DNA of 39,770 nucleotides from a virus (lineage: Duplodnaviria > Heunggongvirae > Uroviricota > Caudoviricetes): positions 1 through 39,770 of IMG/VR virus record IMGVR_UViG_2778261456_000009; one strand, 5' to 3'. Position 1 is the first letter of the stretch, and each line of letters starts with the position of its first letter. Of the stretch, positions 1-9,279 are shown piece by piece. Position numbers and translations under genes: made by a program. The notes beneath the pieces are model-generated. The model saw nothing but the letters and a program-made list of their open reading frames with translations, ran no database searches and had not been told where the DNA came from.

Positions 1-192
1 TTGGTTTCAGAAGTCAATACCTACATCAATACCCATCAGTGGCCTGGCAAAGCTGCTATTGGTCGTCTGAAAGGTGACGAGCTGGAACAATATAATTTAT
101 GGCTGGATTATCTGGACGCACTGGAACTGGTTGATACTTCCGGTGCGCCAGATATTGAATGGCCTACGCCTCCGGCAGTTCAGGCCAGATGA
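1..192 (+). CDS. Tail fibre assembly protein, C-terminal fragment (5' end outside window)
   Basis: C-terminus LWLDYLDALELVDTSGAPDIEWPTPP parallels the C-terminus of the convergent minus-strand Tfa (VLDYIDAVTATDTSTAPDVIWPELPEA); track start at nt 1 is an edge artefact. Confidence 0.55.
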   Translation: MVSEVNTYINTHQWPGKAAIGRLKGDELEQYNLWLDYLDALELVDTSGAPDIEWPTPPAVQAR

Positions 193-766
193 CGTCCGGC
201 GCGGTGCTGGTATCTGTTGCCGTCACCGCGTCAATGTAATCCAGCACAGCGTTAAGTCGGGTGTTTTCTGTCTGCGTCAGCTTCCGCCCGGCCTGCAATT
301 TCAGTTGAATCAGACTAATGGAAGCCATTGCAGTATCAATCAGTGACTGACGCTGTGCTTCTGCCGCGCCTACTGCGGCGCTATGCTGTGCTTCAGTATC
401 GGTCACCCATTTCTCACCATCCCATTCATCGTATGGCGTTAAAGGGGCGATAGTGGTTGTATTTTCAGGGTAATCACCCGGAGCTTTGATTTCTTTTGAT
501 TCTCCTGTTTCTGTGCTAAAGACGATTTCACCACGATGGTCTGGCACATATTCCCATGAGTTAAAATCTGCAGAACGGCAGATTGCATAACCAGTTTTGT
601 ATGCGCCTGGATCATCTAAACAGGAACATGCCGGAATGCCGACACCCACAGCAAGATATTCAGTTGATGTAAAAATATATTCCCGTGTTTCACCATCATA
701 GTTATAAACCGTAATATTTCCTGCTTGGGTAGCGATAAATTCGTTATTTAATACAGCGTAATCCAT
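164..766 (-). CDS. Tail fibre assembly protein (Tfa chaperone)
   Basis: 200 aa, Tfa-like conserved C-terminus; immediately downstream of the tail fibre gene; overlaps the convergent plus-strand tfa fragment by 29 nt. Confidence 0.75.
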   Translation of the reverse strand: MDYAVLNNEFIATQAGNITVYNYDGETREYIFTSTEYLAVGVGIPACSCLDDPGAYKTGYAICRSADFNSWEYVPDHRGEIVFSTETGESKEIKAPGDYPENTTTIAPLTPYDEWDGEKWVTDTEAQHSAAVGAAEAQRQSLIDTAMASISLIQLKLQAGRKLTQTENTRLNAVLDYIDAVTATDTSTAPDVIWPELPEA

Positions 767-1581
767 TATGCAGCCCTCACGATATAATTAAAGGCAATGT
801 TTCGAGGACGGTTTTCGTTTGCAGTTGGAACAACTCTGGAAGCATCAAATGTTACTCGCCTTGCATAACCACCTTTAATTGAATCAGATGAAGCATCTCC
901 GATGACGCTGGTTGTAAAAGCACCAGAATCAGAAGGATAGGAATTAAACCTGACATCCACTAATGCACCAATTATATTTCGAATGGCATCGCCCTGTGAT
1001 GAAAGCAAGCTACGGTTAGTATCAATTCCTCTTCCGTCATCCCAGCCGCGAATAAACTCACCACGTAAATCAGGCAATTTATTTGTCGGGTAAACTTTTG
1101 CCAGTTCCGGGTATTCTTCAGCAGAAAAAGCCGCACCATTGCATTTCAGCCAGCCTGTTGGCGGAGTGGCTGAAGGCCACGGAACAGGGACACCAACAGG
1201 TAATGCAGAGCCTTCTCCCAAACCAAGGTTTTCGAGAGCCGTTTTCACCGTGCCATCCGATTTGATATCACCAAACGGATTCTTGCGGCTCAGGTATTCA
1301 ACAGCAAACCCCGATCCCAGCAATTCAACAAAACCGGGCAGATCACCATTATCAAGCACATCCCGTTGCGTTTTATCACTTACAAACTGGGCCAGAGCTG
1401 CAGCAATAAAGCTGGCCTGCCGAATAACCTTATTGACTTGCGCACTGGAGGCTTTCCCTGCTGTAAATCCGGATAAAAGCGCGGGCAACGCTTCCCATTC
1501 CTCCTGCGATATAACATTGGCATTTCGATCCGTTGCAAACGCTTTAAAGTCATTTTTCGCCATCAGAGTAATACTCCCCAT
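766..1581 (-). CDS. Tail fibre protein (receptor-binding portion)
   Basis: 271 aa; N-terminal region ([15 protein letters not shown]...) typical of phage tail fibre proteins, Gly/Ser-rich distal part; position between gpI-like gene and tfa. Confidence 0.65.
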   Translation of the reverse strand: MGSITLMAKNDFKAFATDRNANVISQEEWEALPALLSGFTAGKASSAQVNKVIRQASFIAAALAQFVSDKTQRDVLDNGDLPGFVELLGSGFAVEYLSRKNPFGDIKSDGTVKTALENLGLGEGSALPVGVPVPWPSATPPTGWLKCNGAAFSAEEYPELAKVYPTNKLPDLRGEFIRGWDDGRGIDTNRSLLSSQGDAIRNIIGALVDVRFNSYPSDSGAFTTSVIGDASSDSIKGGYARRVTFDASRVVPTANENRPRNIAFNYIVRAA

Positions 1582-2243
1582 GCTCCTACATCAAAACCAC
1601 TGATGAATTCGTTATCCATATCAAAACCAAAAAATTTTGAGCCTTCCGATGGGGTTTCCACCGAAGGTGTTTCAATGCCACCCGCCCATACCCCGGCGGC
1701 TTTTACTGTGAGATACCCCTGTTTAATTGCCGCAATTAACTCACGCGATACATCTGAAATATCAGTATCAGGAAAGACCCAGACCGATATCGTCATGTCC
1801 TGGTTATCGACTATCTGCATTCGCAGCCCGGATCCTGCTGTTGCAGCGTCAAGAATTGCCGGAAGCGAATCATTCCGTCCGTCCCAGTTATTAATCGCAA
1901 TCTTCGCTTTAAGAATGACACGATAAGTTTCATCGCTGAGATACATGTATCCTGAATCAGGATCGTATGGTCCCTGCCATACCCCCTGATCATATCCAAG
2001 CCCGTCGGTATCCCAGCTGAAATAGACACCTGAGATAGGCTGGCTGACAACACGGCTACGTCCGATCCACAATCCAAGAATGTCAAGTTGCACACCAACC
2101 GCAGAGTCAATATCAAATGCAGTAATCAGCCCTCTGGTGGCAGCCGCAACATCAATAAGTGGCCGGGTCATCAGATCAACATGCGCAAGAAATTTAGGTT
2201 TGGTGGCGTGGTAGTTCGTGATTAGTTCGGTGTATTTGCTCAT
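1563..2243 (-). CDS. Tail protein, YmfQ/gpI-like
   Basis: 226 aa; recalled similarity to e14 YmfQ / P2 gpI-family tail proteins; follows baseplate J-like gene. Confidence 0.55.
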   Translation of the reverse strand: MSKYTELITNYHATKPKFLAHVDLMTRPLIDVAAATRGLITAFDIDSAVGVQLDILGLWIGRSRVVSQPISGVYFSWDTDGLGYDQGVWQGPYDPDSGYMYLSDETYRVILKAKIAINNWDGRNDSLPAILDAATAGSGLRMQIVDNQDMTISVWVFPDTDISDVSRELIAAIKQGYLTVKAAGVWAGGIETPSVETPSEGSKFFGFDMDNEFISGFDVGAWGVLL

Positions 2244-3439
2244 GACTCCACCGTTATAACGATATTTTCCGGGGTACAGGACGCAGATTCGTTGTATCTG
2301 ATATCAATGTTTGATGACGACAAAGCCCCCGGGGATTTCCCAATCGTCAGTTCCTGAATATCGTAATAGCGTGCATTCCCGCCACTCACCACGCCAAGAT
2401 TCGCCGGTGAGTAAATGCGACTTAAAAGGACCGAATCACCAATCGTCAGACTATTGATATAGTCGGAAATAGCCTGCTGGATCTGCTGCCCTATCTGTGA
2501 GGTATAACCCGTAAAAACTTTTAATTTAATCCGGGCATAAACAGGCACATCACTGGAACGCGAGAATTTGATTACATGGGGATTGCCGTATTTATCCGGA
2601 ACCGTAACGGATGTTGTACCGTGAGTGGCTGTCCCCTGGCCTTTATTCCCTCTGATAGCCTGAGCAATATCCGTCACATCACCGCCATCCACAATTACAG
2701 CAACAGAGTGTGGCGGTAACCCGTTACCGTCCTCCGAACCAGTATCGTTTTCATAGAGTTTGTGGCGGGTTACACCGGTAACATTAGAAACAGCACCATC
2801 CAGTGCTTCAAATGGGGTTATTGATGGCAACGCAACACTTTGCGACTGGCGGATACGTAACTCCGCGTCAGTTTCTGCCGGAGTGCCCACAGTAGCCGCA
2901 GCAGGATTAGTTACCGAAACCCAGCCACGGGTTGGCGTATTAATTTCAGTGATAGTTCCAGCCAGCGCCGCCACTGCACCACTGACGGAACATGTTGCGG
3001 TCACCATCACTGTACCATCCACGCCTACCACCACTGAAGCAGGCAAACGCCATATCACATTATTACTGTCTTTCACGCTGCCATTAATGATGGTTGTTCC
3101 GGCAGTTCCTGTAAGAAGCAAATCAACCGTAGAGTTCGTCGCGCCTTTACGTGAAATACCATTTATTTTCACGTTACTGGTCAGTGCAGCCCCATAGCCG
3201 GTTGCCGGTGAAAAACAGTTGTAGACAGTTATCGCCGTATTATTGGCATCATGAATCGCCAGCGCCATCAGAGCCACCATCTGGCCGTCTTTGCTGTCCG
3301 GTTCGAGGTAGGCATCACTGCCATAAATCTGCTGAAAATAGCTAATCAGGGTGCTGAGTATCGTCTGATAATCAGGCGCACTGATCCCCTCCGCGGTTAC
3401 CTTTGCAGATAAACCGAGAGAATCAAGGTTCAGAGCCAT
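2240..3439 (-). CDS. Baseplate J-like protein
   Basis: 399 aa; size, position and composition consistent with Mu gp47 / P2 gpJ family; 4-nt overlap with downstream gene. Confidence 0.75.
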   Translation of the reverse strand: MALNLDSLGLSAKVTAEGISAPDYQTILSTLISYFQQIYGSDAYLEPDSKDGQMVALMALAIHDANNTAITVYNCFSPATGYGAALTSNVKINGISRKGATNSTVDLLLTGTAGTTIINGSVKDSNNVIWRLPASVVVGVDGTVMVTATCSVSGAVAALAGTITEINTPTRGWVSVTNPAAATVGTPAETDAELRIRQSQSVALPSITPFEALDGAVSNVTGVTRHKLYENDTGSEDGNGLPPHSVAVIVDGGDVTDIAQAIRGNKGQGTATHGTTSVTVPDKYGNPHVIKFSRSSDVPVYARIKLKVFTGYTSQIGQQIQQAISDYINSLTIGDSVLLSRIYSPANLGVVSGGNARYYDIQELTIGKSPGALSSSNIDIRYNESASCTPENIVITVES

Positions 3440-3792
3440 TACGCCTCCGATGTAACAGTCGTTATTCCATAAAGAGTGTCGATTTCAGCGGAAAACATGA
3501 CACGTCGGGTCGTGGTATCCACCGTCGTATTGAAAGAGAGGATTGATTTAACGCCCCGCGTTTCGAGGATGCGCTTACGGATCGCCAGGTTGTAGGTTTC
3601 CGGCTTCTGCTTACCGAGTACGGACTGGATCCACGGAGTCCCCTCGGTGGTGTCGAGAAACCATTGCCCATACCACAATTCGAATCTCGTTTTTACCGCC
3701 TGCGCCACGGCCTCCGGTGAGTTAATCAGCCAGGTGTCATCACCGCTGCCAAAGGTATAATCGCCATCGGCGTCTTCACGTCTGTATCGCAT
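3439..3792 (-). CDS. Baseplate protein, GP46-like
   Basis: 117 aa between spike and J-like genes; start overlaps upstream stop. Confidence 0.6.
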   Translation of the reverse strand: MRYRREDADGDYTFGSGDDTWLINSPEAVAQAVKTRFELWYGQWFLDTTEGTPWIQSVLGKQKPETYNLAIRKRILETRGVKSILSFNTTVDTTTRRVMFSAEIDTLYGITTVTSEA

Positions 3793-4544
3793 CAGTTTAC
3801 CCCATCGGTATTGCTTCCACCGCGCTGAACACCGCCATGAGTGTGCGTATCATCGATTGGCTTGCCGTTAGCCTTCACGCTACCCAAAAACTCAACAGCA
3901 CCAGTGATTTTTGAAGCCACACCAGAAACAACAGACCCCACCATGCCCCCCATCCAGGTTAACAGGCCATGAATGGTTACTTTCTCAGAAAAATCAGCCA
4001 GAGGGGCAACCACATCAAGACCACCCGGAGCGACAATTTTAATTTTCCTGGTGTCAGGATTAAGCTCAAAATAGGTGCTGCCGTCGTCACTACGCAACTG
4101 TGTGGCACTGGTATTAATACCGCTAATCTTCCTCGCCTGCGACTGGGGACCGACAATACAAAACGCATCCGATAAATCATGCATTCTGTCATCGACCGGC
4201 TCCTGTATCCCGCCACTCTGCCACCAGAAATCAATACAACGATCGGCAAAAACGACAAGACACTCATCCCCGGCTTTTACCGGAAAAGTCAACGTACAGC
4301 CTCCGCCGCGCGGGAATACCACTGGTACATCCACCAGCAATGGGTAATTTTTGGTAATGCGCTTGCCGTCATTATCCTTTTCAACCGAACGGATAGCAGG
4401 CTGCACAACTGCCGTCACCGGATCAGGATCGAATGACTGAATAATGCCAGGCAAGGCGACACGGATCTGGTTCTTTGTTGTTTCCCGTTCAGATTTGAAT
4501 GTTTCGGCAAGGTCGCCGCTGCGGGTCTGGTCAGATACTGCCAT
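3792..4544 (-). CDS. Baseplate assembly protein V (central spike)
   Basis: 250 aa; position upstream of GP46/J genes; GGAG RBS upstream of ATG at 4544. Confidence 0.65.
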   Translation of the reverse strand: MAVSDQTRSGDLAETFKSERETTKNQIRVALPGIIQSFDPDPVTAVVQPAIRSVEKDNDGKRITKNYPLLVDVPVVFPRGGGCTLTFPVKAGDECLVVFADRCIDFWWQSGGIQEPVDDRMHDLSDAFCIVGPQSQARKISGINTSATQLRSDDGSTYFELNPDTRKIKIVAPGGLDVVAPLADFSEKVTIHGLLTWMGGMVGSVVSGVASKITGAVEFLGSVKANGKPIDDTHTHGGVQRGGSNTDGVN

Positions 4545-4562
4545 TTAGTAGGCTCCAGAAAG

Positions 4563-4590
4563 CAAAAAACCCGCCGGGTGGCGGGTTTTA
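4563..4590 (-). terminator. Intrinsic terminator downstream of lipoprotein moron
   Basis: Plus strand AAAAACCCGCCGGGTGGCGGGTTTTA; on minus strand a 6-bp GC stem (CCCGCC/GGCGGG, 4-nt loop) followed by TTTTTTGC; lies between lipoprotein stop (4610) and spike gene RBS. Confidence 0.6.
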
Positions 4591-4609
4591 TGTGACTAAT
4601 TTGATCTTT

Positions 4610-5335
4610 TCAGTTTATAAGCCCCATCTTACCGGCGCTTCGATAGTTAATTACATCGCCTGAAGAGCCGCAAGGCACAGCTACAGTCGACATTTTGACA
4701 AATCCTTTACCGCCCTGCTTTTGGCATAAAGTGGCATGCATTTTTGCTAAACGCGCAGCATGACCAAAATCAATTTTGGTTCCGTAAGTTGAATCTCGTA
4801 GAGCTGCTTTTTTTGCAATTCCGGTAATATTTTTGTCTTTAATTACAGATGCAAACAAACTCAAATCATTTCCAATTTGATTGAAGCAAGTACGATTAAT
4901 ATCAACATCGGCATACGCTGAAATGCGTTTGCAATCTGAGATCTGAGAAAGCACAGATGTGTTAACCAGTTGCAAATTTAATTTGTAGTCACCGACATAG
5001 GTATAAATTTTGTTAGGGTCCGTGGTTCCCGGATAACGAGTTACGAATGGAATGCTGTTGTACGCATCTCGCAAAGATTCTGCCCCCTTACTTGTAAGCT
5101 CGTTCCCAACACCAGCAACGATAACCTCTGGATGTGAAACTTCAAATTGAGACTTTTCTTCGCGCTGTATTTGAAGCCTGCTTTTCTGGCTCTCCTCAAC
5201 TTGCTTATCGTACGCTTGTTTTTCTTCATTTTTTTGGGATAGCCATTTTTCCTGCGCTTTAGCACCATTAGGATCCCAACTACATGAAGTTAAAAAAAGA
5301 GAAAATACGATTGTGGTTATCGCAAGCCTGCTCAC
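4610..5335 (-). CDS. Lipoprotein of unknown function (moron)
   Basis: 241 aa; N-terminal signal peptide with lipobox LTSC; charged coiled-coil-like segment then globular C-terminal domain; AT-rich relative to neighbours; GTG start 2 nt after upstream stop with GAGGTG RBS. Confidence 0.75.
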   Translation of the reverse strand: MSRLAITTIVFSLFLTSCSWDPNGAKAQEKWLSQKNEEKQAYDKQVEESQKSRLQIQREEKSQFEVSHPEVIVAGVGNELTSKGAESLRDAYNSIPFVTRYPGTTDPNKIYTYVGDYKLNLQLVNTSVLSQISDCKRISAYADVDINRTCFNQIGNDLSLFASVIKDKNITGIAKKAALRDSTYGTKIDFGHAARLAKMHATLCQKQGGKGFVKMSTVAVPCGSSGDVINYRSAGKMGLIN

Positions 5336-5337
5336 TA

Positions 5338-6402
5338 TTATGCACCTCGATTCATCGCTGACTGGCTAGGAATATCACTAGCACCTCGAGCAAAGCACAT
5401 CATATCCATGTACCACGCCTGGCCCCTTGTGTCGCCAGTGTACATAATCCCGCGCACAATATAAACGCCATCCGTTGCGATGCTGGCAGGCTGCGATGTG
5501 GTGCCGCTTAGCGTGATATTTCCATCCGAGTTCTGGTCGGTGATCTGACCACCAGCCATCGCAATATCGTTGTTCGACAACGCGGTGCGATATACGGAAG
5601 CCTGATCCAGTTGAATGAGCCCATTAACCCGGATGTTCGGATTAATAAGCGCGCGGACGTTTACGCCGTTGCCGATAGTCTGCTGCGGCATGCCGATAAG
5701 CCCGGTGGCGCTGTTGAGCACAATCGCTTCATGAACATATTCGTTATTCGCCACCATCTGGCGTTGACCGTCCACGAATTGCCATGTTGCGCCACATTGC
5801 CCGGCTACGTTATCCATAAGATGCCGCGTCATGCCAAAGAGCACCCGCCCCCGGGGGAATACAGTAGCAGGCATTTCAGGCGTCAGGCCTTCGGTCGCGC
5901 CTTTGGCTTCGAAGTCTTTCATCAGCGCACGGTTCACATCAGCGACCGTGTAACCGGCAGCCAGCGTCTGTGAGGTTATACTGGTGGCAAATGCCAGATC
6001 CGTATCTGCTGCCTGAATCAGGACATAGGAATCAATAGGGCTGTCTTTTCCTGTGACCGAGTAGCGAATTTCTCCGCTGAAAATCAGCCCGTAGTTGCGG
6101 CCATCTGTCTGGCCCACGTCCGCCGCGTCAACTTCCCGCACGGTCCCTACGTCGCTTGCTGACACCTCCGGCGCGATACCGTCGTAACCGGCAATCAGAC
6201 GCACTTTCGAAAATTCCTGCCCGGTGATTCGGTTCACAGTATCTGCCGAGAGGTTATAAATTTTGATAGTCCCTACCCGGGACGCGCTGCTGATGTTGAA
6301 CCAGTCGATCGTAAAGGTGACTTTGAAATCACTTAGCTCAATTCCCTGACCGTTCCCGTTCACAAGCTGCAGCTCGAAATGTCTCATCCAGTTCTGTGAC
6401 AT
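5338..6402 (-). CDS. Baseplate hub / tail protein (Mu P or P2 gpD-like)
   Basis: 354 aa, located between tape-measure-distal small tail genes and the spike; assignment by position and size only. Confidence 0.5.
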   Translation of the reverse strand: MSQNWMRHFELQLVNGNGQGIELSDFKVTFTIDWFNISSASRVGTIKIYNLSADTVNRITGQEFSKVRLIAGYDGIAPEVSASDVGTVREVDAADVGQTDGRNYGLIFSGEIRYSVTGKDSPIDSYVLIQAADTDLAFATSITSQTLAAGYTVADVNRALMKDFEAKGATEGLTPEMPATVFPRGRVLFGMTRHLMDNVAGQCGATWQFVDGQRQMVANNEYVHEAIVLNSATGLIGMPQQTIGNGVNVRALINPNIRVNGLIQLDQASVYRTALSNNDIAMAGGQITDQNSDGNITLSGTTSQPASIATDGVYIVRGIMYTGDTRGQAWYMDMMCFARGASDIPSQSAMNRGA

Positions 6403-6404
6403 GC

Positions 6405-6707
6405 TTACTCCGTTGATACCAGTAAATGACTGCGGCCGCCCAGATCAGTTTTTGTGGGGTAATCCTGTGTGTTGTCATCGCAGACCACCACCAGCTTAAA
6501 ACCAAGTCCCATACAGGCGTACTGCGCCAGCAGATCAGCGCCAGTGACGAGAGGAATACCGGAAATTACCGGCTCCCCTCTGTCGTTCTGCAGGTCCATA
6601 ATCCAGTAAAGATCGCGCCATATGATGCTAATCTGCCAAGTGACACCACCCAGGACGATGCTGAACTGCTGGTTGTCCGCTGTCAGCGGAATTTCCTGAA
6701 TTATCAT
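6405..6707 (-). CDS. Tail protein, unknown function
   Basis: 100-aa ORF tightly packed in the tail operon. Confidence 0.45.
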   Translation of the reverse strand: MIIQEIPLTADNQQFSIVLGGVTWQISIIWRDLYWIMDLQNDRGEPVISGIPLVTGADLLAQYACMGLGFKLVVVCDDNTQDYPTKTDLGGRSHLLVSTE

Positions 6708-7294
6708 TAGCCGCCTCCCAGTAATGACGCCACGTTACCAGTGATGCTTTTCAGCAGTGAAGTATCTGGAGGCTTTGTGGTTTTGTTGCCGCTGTTCTGT
6801 ACCGCCGACGTGCTGGCCCCTTCCTTCATGTTGGTTTTATCCGCGACGGTAATCTGCTGTGTCCGGGAGATAATGACCTCCCTCAGGGTGAGGACGGCGG
6901 ACAGGACGTTTTCGGTTGTCTTGTCCGTCGTCACTTCCAGCGCCCGGATCAACATGTTGCTGTACAGCCGTTTACCGGTTACCACATCGAAGGGGATACG
7001 GCTTTCCTGCAGATCCAGTAGCTCCTGATACGTCTGCTGAGGACTCAGGCCGAGCAGGCTGGTAGCCGTCAGGTTACTGGCAAAATCCAGCAATGCGCCG
7101 CCACCGGCGAAACCAACCTCCATCACCACTTCTGACGGTTTTTTATAGGCATGATCAGCGACAGCGGCCCCGACCTCTACCGGATGCTCTGTTATTTCAA
7201 GCATATCTGTATGCTTCTCTGAAATAACAACACTGGGAACAATCATTCCTATTTTTCTGCTCTGCTGATGAAAAAGTGTAGAGAGAATATCCAC
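6707..7294 (-). CDS. Tail protein (possibly DNA-circulation-like)
   Basis: 195 aa directly downstream of tape measure gene with start/stop overlap. Confidence 0.45.
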   Translation of the reverse strand: MDILSTLFHQQSRKIGMIVPSVVISEKHTDMLEITEHPVEVGAAVADHAYKKPSEVVMEVGFAGGGALLDFASNLTATSLLGLSPQQTYQELLDLQESRIPFDVVTGKRLYSNMLIRALEVTTDKTTENVLSAVLTLREVIISRTQQITVADKTNMKEGASTSAVQNSGNKTTKPPDTSLLKSITGNVASLLGGG

Positions 7295-9279
7295 TAACCC
7301 ACCCTCACCTGATTACTTCGCATGACCTGAGCATTTGCAGACTGTTGCCGACGTGCAACCTCATTACCGACAGCGTGCGGATCTCCGCCACCGTAAATGT
7401 GGTAGGTATTTTGCTGGTTAACCTCTGTCACTTTGCCACTAATTCCCGCCACGGCAGCCTTATTAATCAGCTCTCGAGAATAGATATTTCTTCCATTCTC
7501 ATGCTGGATAATGCTGCTCATCAATGCTGACATGGTTTGCGGATCGCTCATATTCAGGGCAGCCCGGGGATCCACTCCCAGTCGTTGCGATACAGCCCTG
7601 ATATACGCGGTTGTGTTGTTATTATCAGACGCAGGTGCCCAGGTAGAGATAATTTTCTCCACACTGTTTATTCCCCGTCCGGCGTACAGCATTAACTGAC
7701 GAGCAAGAGCCCGTAATCCATCAAAAGCAGTTTCAAATCTGGCAAATCGCCCGCCCGGTCGTTCAAGAGAAGCCCCCGCCTGACCAGCAAAATTAAGGTT
7801 TCCCGGATTGTTATTCCGTTCTCCTCGCTTCGTAGCCTGTGCATGTTGTTCCGGCTCAGCACCTGGAATATCTGACTGAATATTTGCGCCTTTTACGGTA
7901 TGAGGATTACGACCAAAATCGGTATCAATGCCAAGCCAGCGCAATGAATCTCCAATATTTTGTTTCGTGTAATCCCAGGATGACTTCGCACTGGCACCAA
8001 TATTTTCGCGATCGGAGTACAAATAAGCAGCATAAGCCATCCAGCCTTTTAACCATGGCGGTACCGGCAAACCAGATATTTTCCCGAAAGCCCCCAGAAC
8101 CCTGGATACCCAGACACCCGCGATGAATGTACCGAGGATTTCCAGTGCATTTTGCCAGCCGCCAACACCATCTTTTAGTTCCAGAAGGTGATCACGAAGC
8201 CAGGTGATCGCATCCTTCGCTTTATCTATTGCCGGTTGCCATTTTTCCCAGTCGATAAGACTGTTACCGCCTTCTTTCCATGTTTTGTAGTCTTCCCACA
8301 AGAGACCGAGAGCCACGATCAGACCGGTAATCAGCCCTATAGGTGACATCCAGAAAGTAGAGTTAAGTATCCGCATGGCGACAACCAGACCGCCGATAAC
8401 CTCTATCAGGGTTTTCGTTTCGGCATCCAGTTTCCCCCACCACTCGATGATATCTCCGACACCATCGACTATCCGAAATGCTACCCGCCCGACTATCTCA
8501 CCCAGCCAGAGGATCCCCTTTATGACCTTTGTGATGGTGACTTCAATTTTGGGAAAATTTTCAATTATCTTTTTGCGCAGGTTATCAATCTGCCCCGCCA
8601 GTCCGTCCGCAAGATTCGATCCGATTTTGTCCCGCGCCATCCCGGCCATTTCACCGAGCGATTTCAGCGAGGTCATAAACCGGTTTGACGATAAGGCAGC
8701 CTGATCGGCATTAAATCCGATCGCTTTCACCATTTCTGAATACTGAGCGCTGAACTGCCCCACTCCGCGACGCATAGCCATCAGGGTATTTTCGTCAATG
8801 CCCAGCATCTGCGCATACTGGTTAGCCCGGTAATACGGCATGCTGCTGAGTTTCTGTCCAACGCCCGTAAAGATAGCAGCCATGTCACGCATGTTACCGC
8901 TGGCATCACGGGTCTGTACGCCCAGGCGATTCAGAAAGCCTTCTGCTCCGGGATTGTTACGAATAAACCTGGAGAGGCTTTCCAGAGAAGATCGCGCAGC
9001 GTCCACACTGCCGCCAACCTGCGAAACCGCATAGCCAATAGACTGAATTCCCTGGACCGTCGCGCCGGTGCGCTGTGACGCCCAGTAAAGATTATCCAGG
9101 CCGGAGGCGATCTTAGCCGTGAAGGCCACCACGGACAGCGCAGCTCCTTCAACAGCCAGCCCCATTTTGATGACATTTGCAGTTGTACCGGCGAGGACAG
9201 AACCGAACTTTTTCGCTCCTGCATCATCCACACTGAAGCCAAGCGAGACGAGGAAATCTTTAATAGTTTCAGCGTTCAT
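7294..9279 (-). CDS. Tail tape measure protein
   Basis: About 660 aa, Ala/Gly-rich helical N-terminus, central hydrophobic segments, C-terminal globular domain; first ATG at 9279 preceded by GGAGAGAGG (track start at 9300 is TTG). Confidence 0.7.
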   Translation of the reverse strand: MNAETIKDFLVSLGFSVDDAGAKKFGSVLAGTTANVIKMGLAVEGAALSVVAFTAKIASGLDNLYWASQRTGATVQGIQSIGYAVSQVGGSVDAARSSLESLSRFIRNNPGAEGFLNRLGVQTRDASGNMRDMAAIFTGVGQKLSSMPYYRANQYAQMLGIDENTLMAMRRGVGQFSAQYSEMVKAIGFNADQAALSSNRFMTSLKSLGEMAGMARDKIGSNLADGLAGQIDNLRKKIIENFPKIEVTITKVIKGILWLGEIVGRVAFRIVDGVGDIIEWWGKLDAETKTLIEVIGGLVVAMRILNSTFWMSPIGLITGLIVALGLLWEDYKTWKEGGNSLIDWEKWQPAIDKAKDAITWLRDHLLELKDGVGGWQNALEILGTFIAGVWVSRVLGAFGKISGLPVPPWLKGWMAYAAYLYSDRENIGASAKSSWDYTKQNIGDSLRWLGIDTDFGRNPHTVKGANIQSDIPGAEPEQHAQATKRGERNNNPGNLNFAGQAGASLERPGGRFARFETAFDGLRALARQLMLYAGRGINSVEKIISTWAPASDNNNTTAYIRAVSQRLGVDPRAALNMSDPQTMSALMSSIIQHENGRNIYSRELINKAAVAGISGKVTEVNQQNTYHIYGGGDPHAVGNEVARRQQSANAQVMRSNQVRVG

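Noticed and set aside
1612-1643. Candidate Gin/Pin/Hin-type crossover site (TTATCC...TCAAAACCAAAAAATTTTGA)
   Set aside because: Resemblance to hix/gix half-sites is partial and the local repeat (ATCAAAACC twice) is explained by a peptide repeat (GFDMD...GFDVG) in the overlying gene; kept only as a weak pointer.
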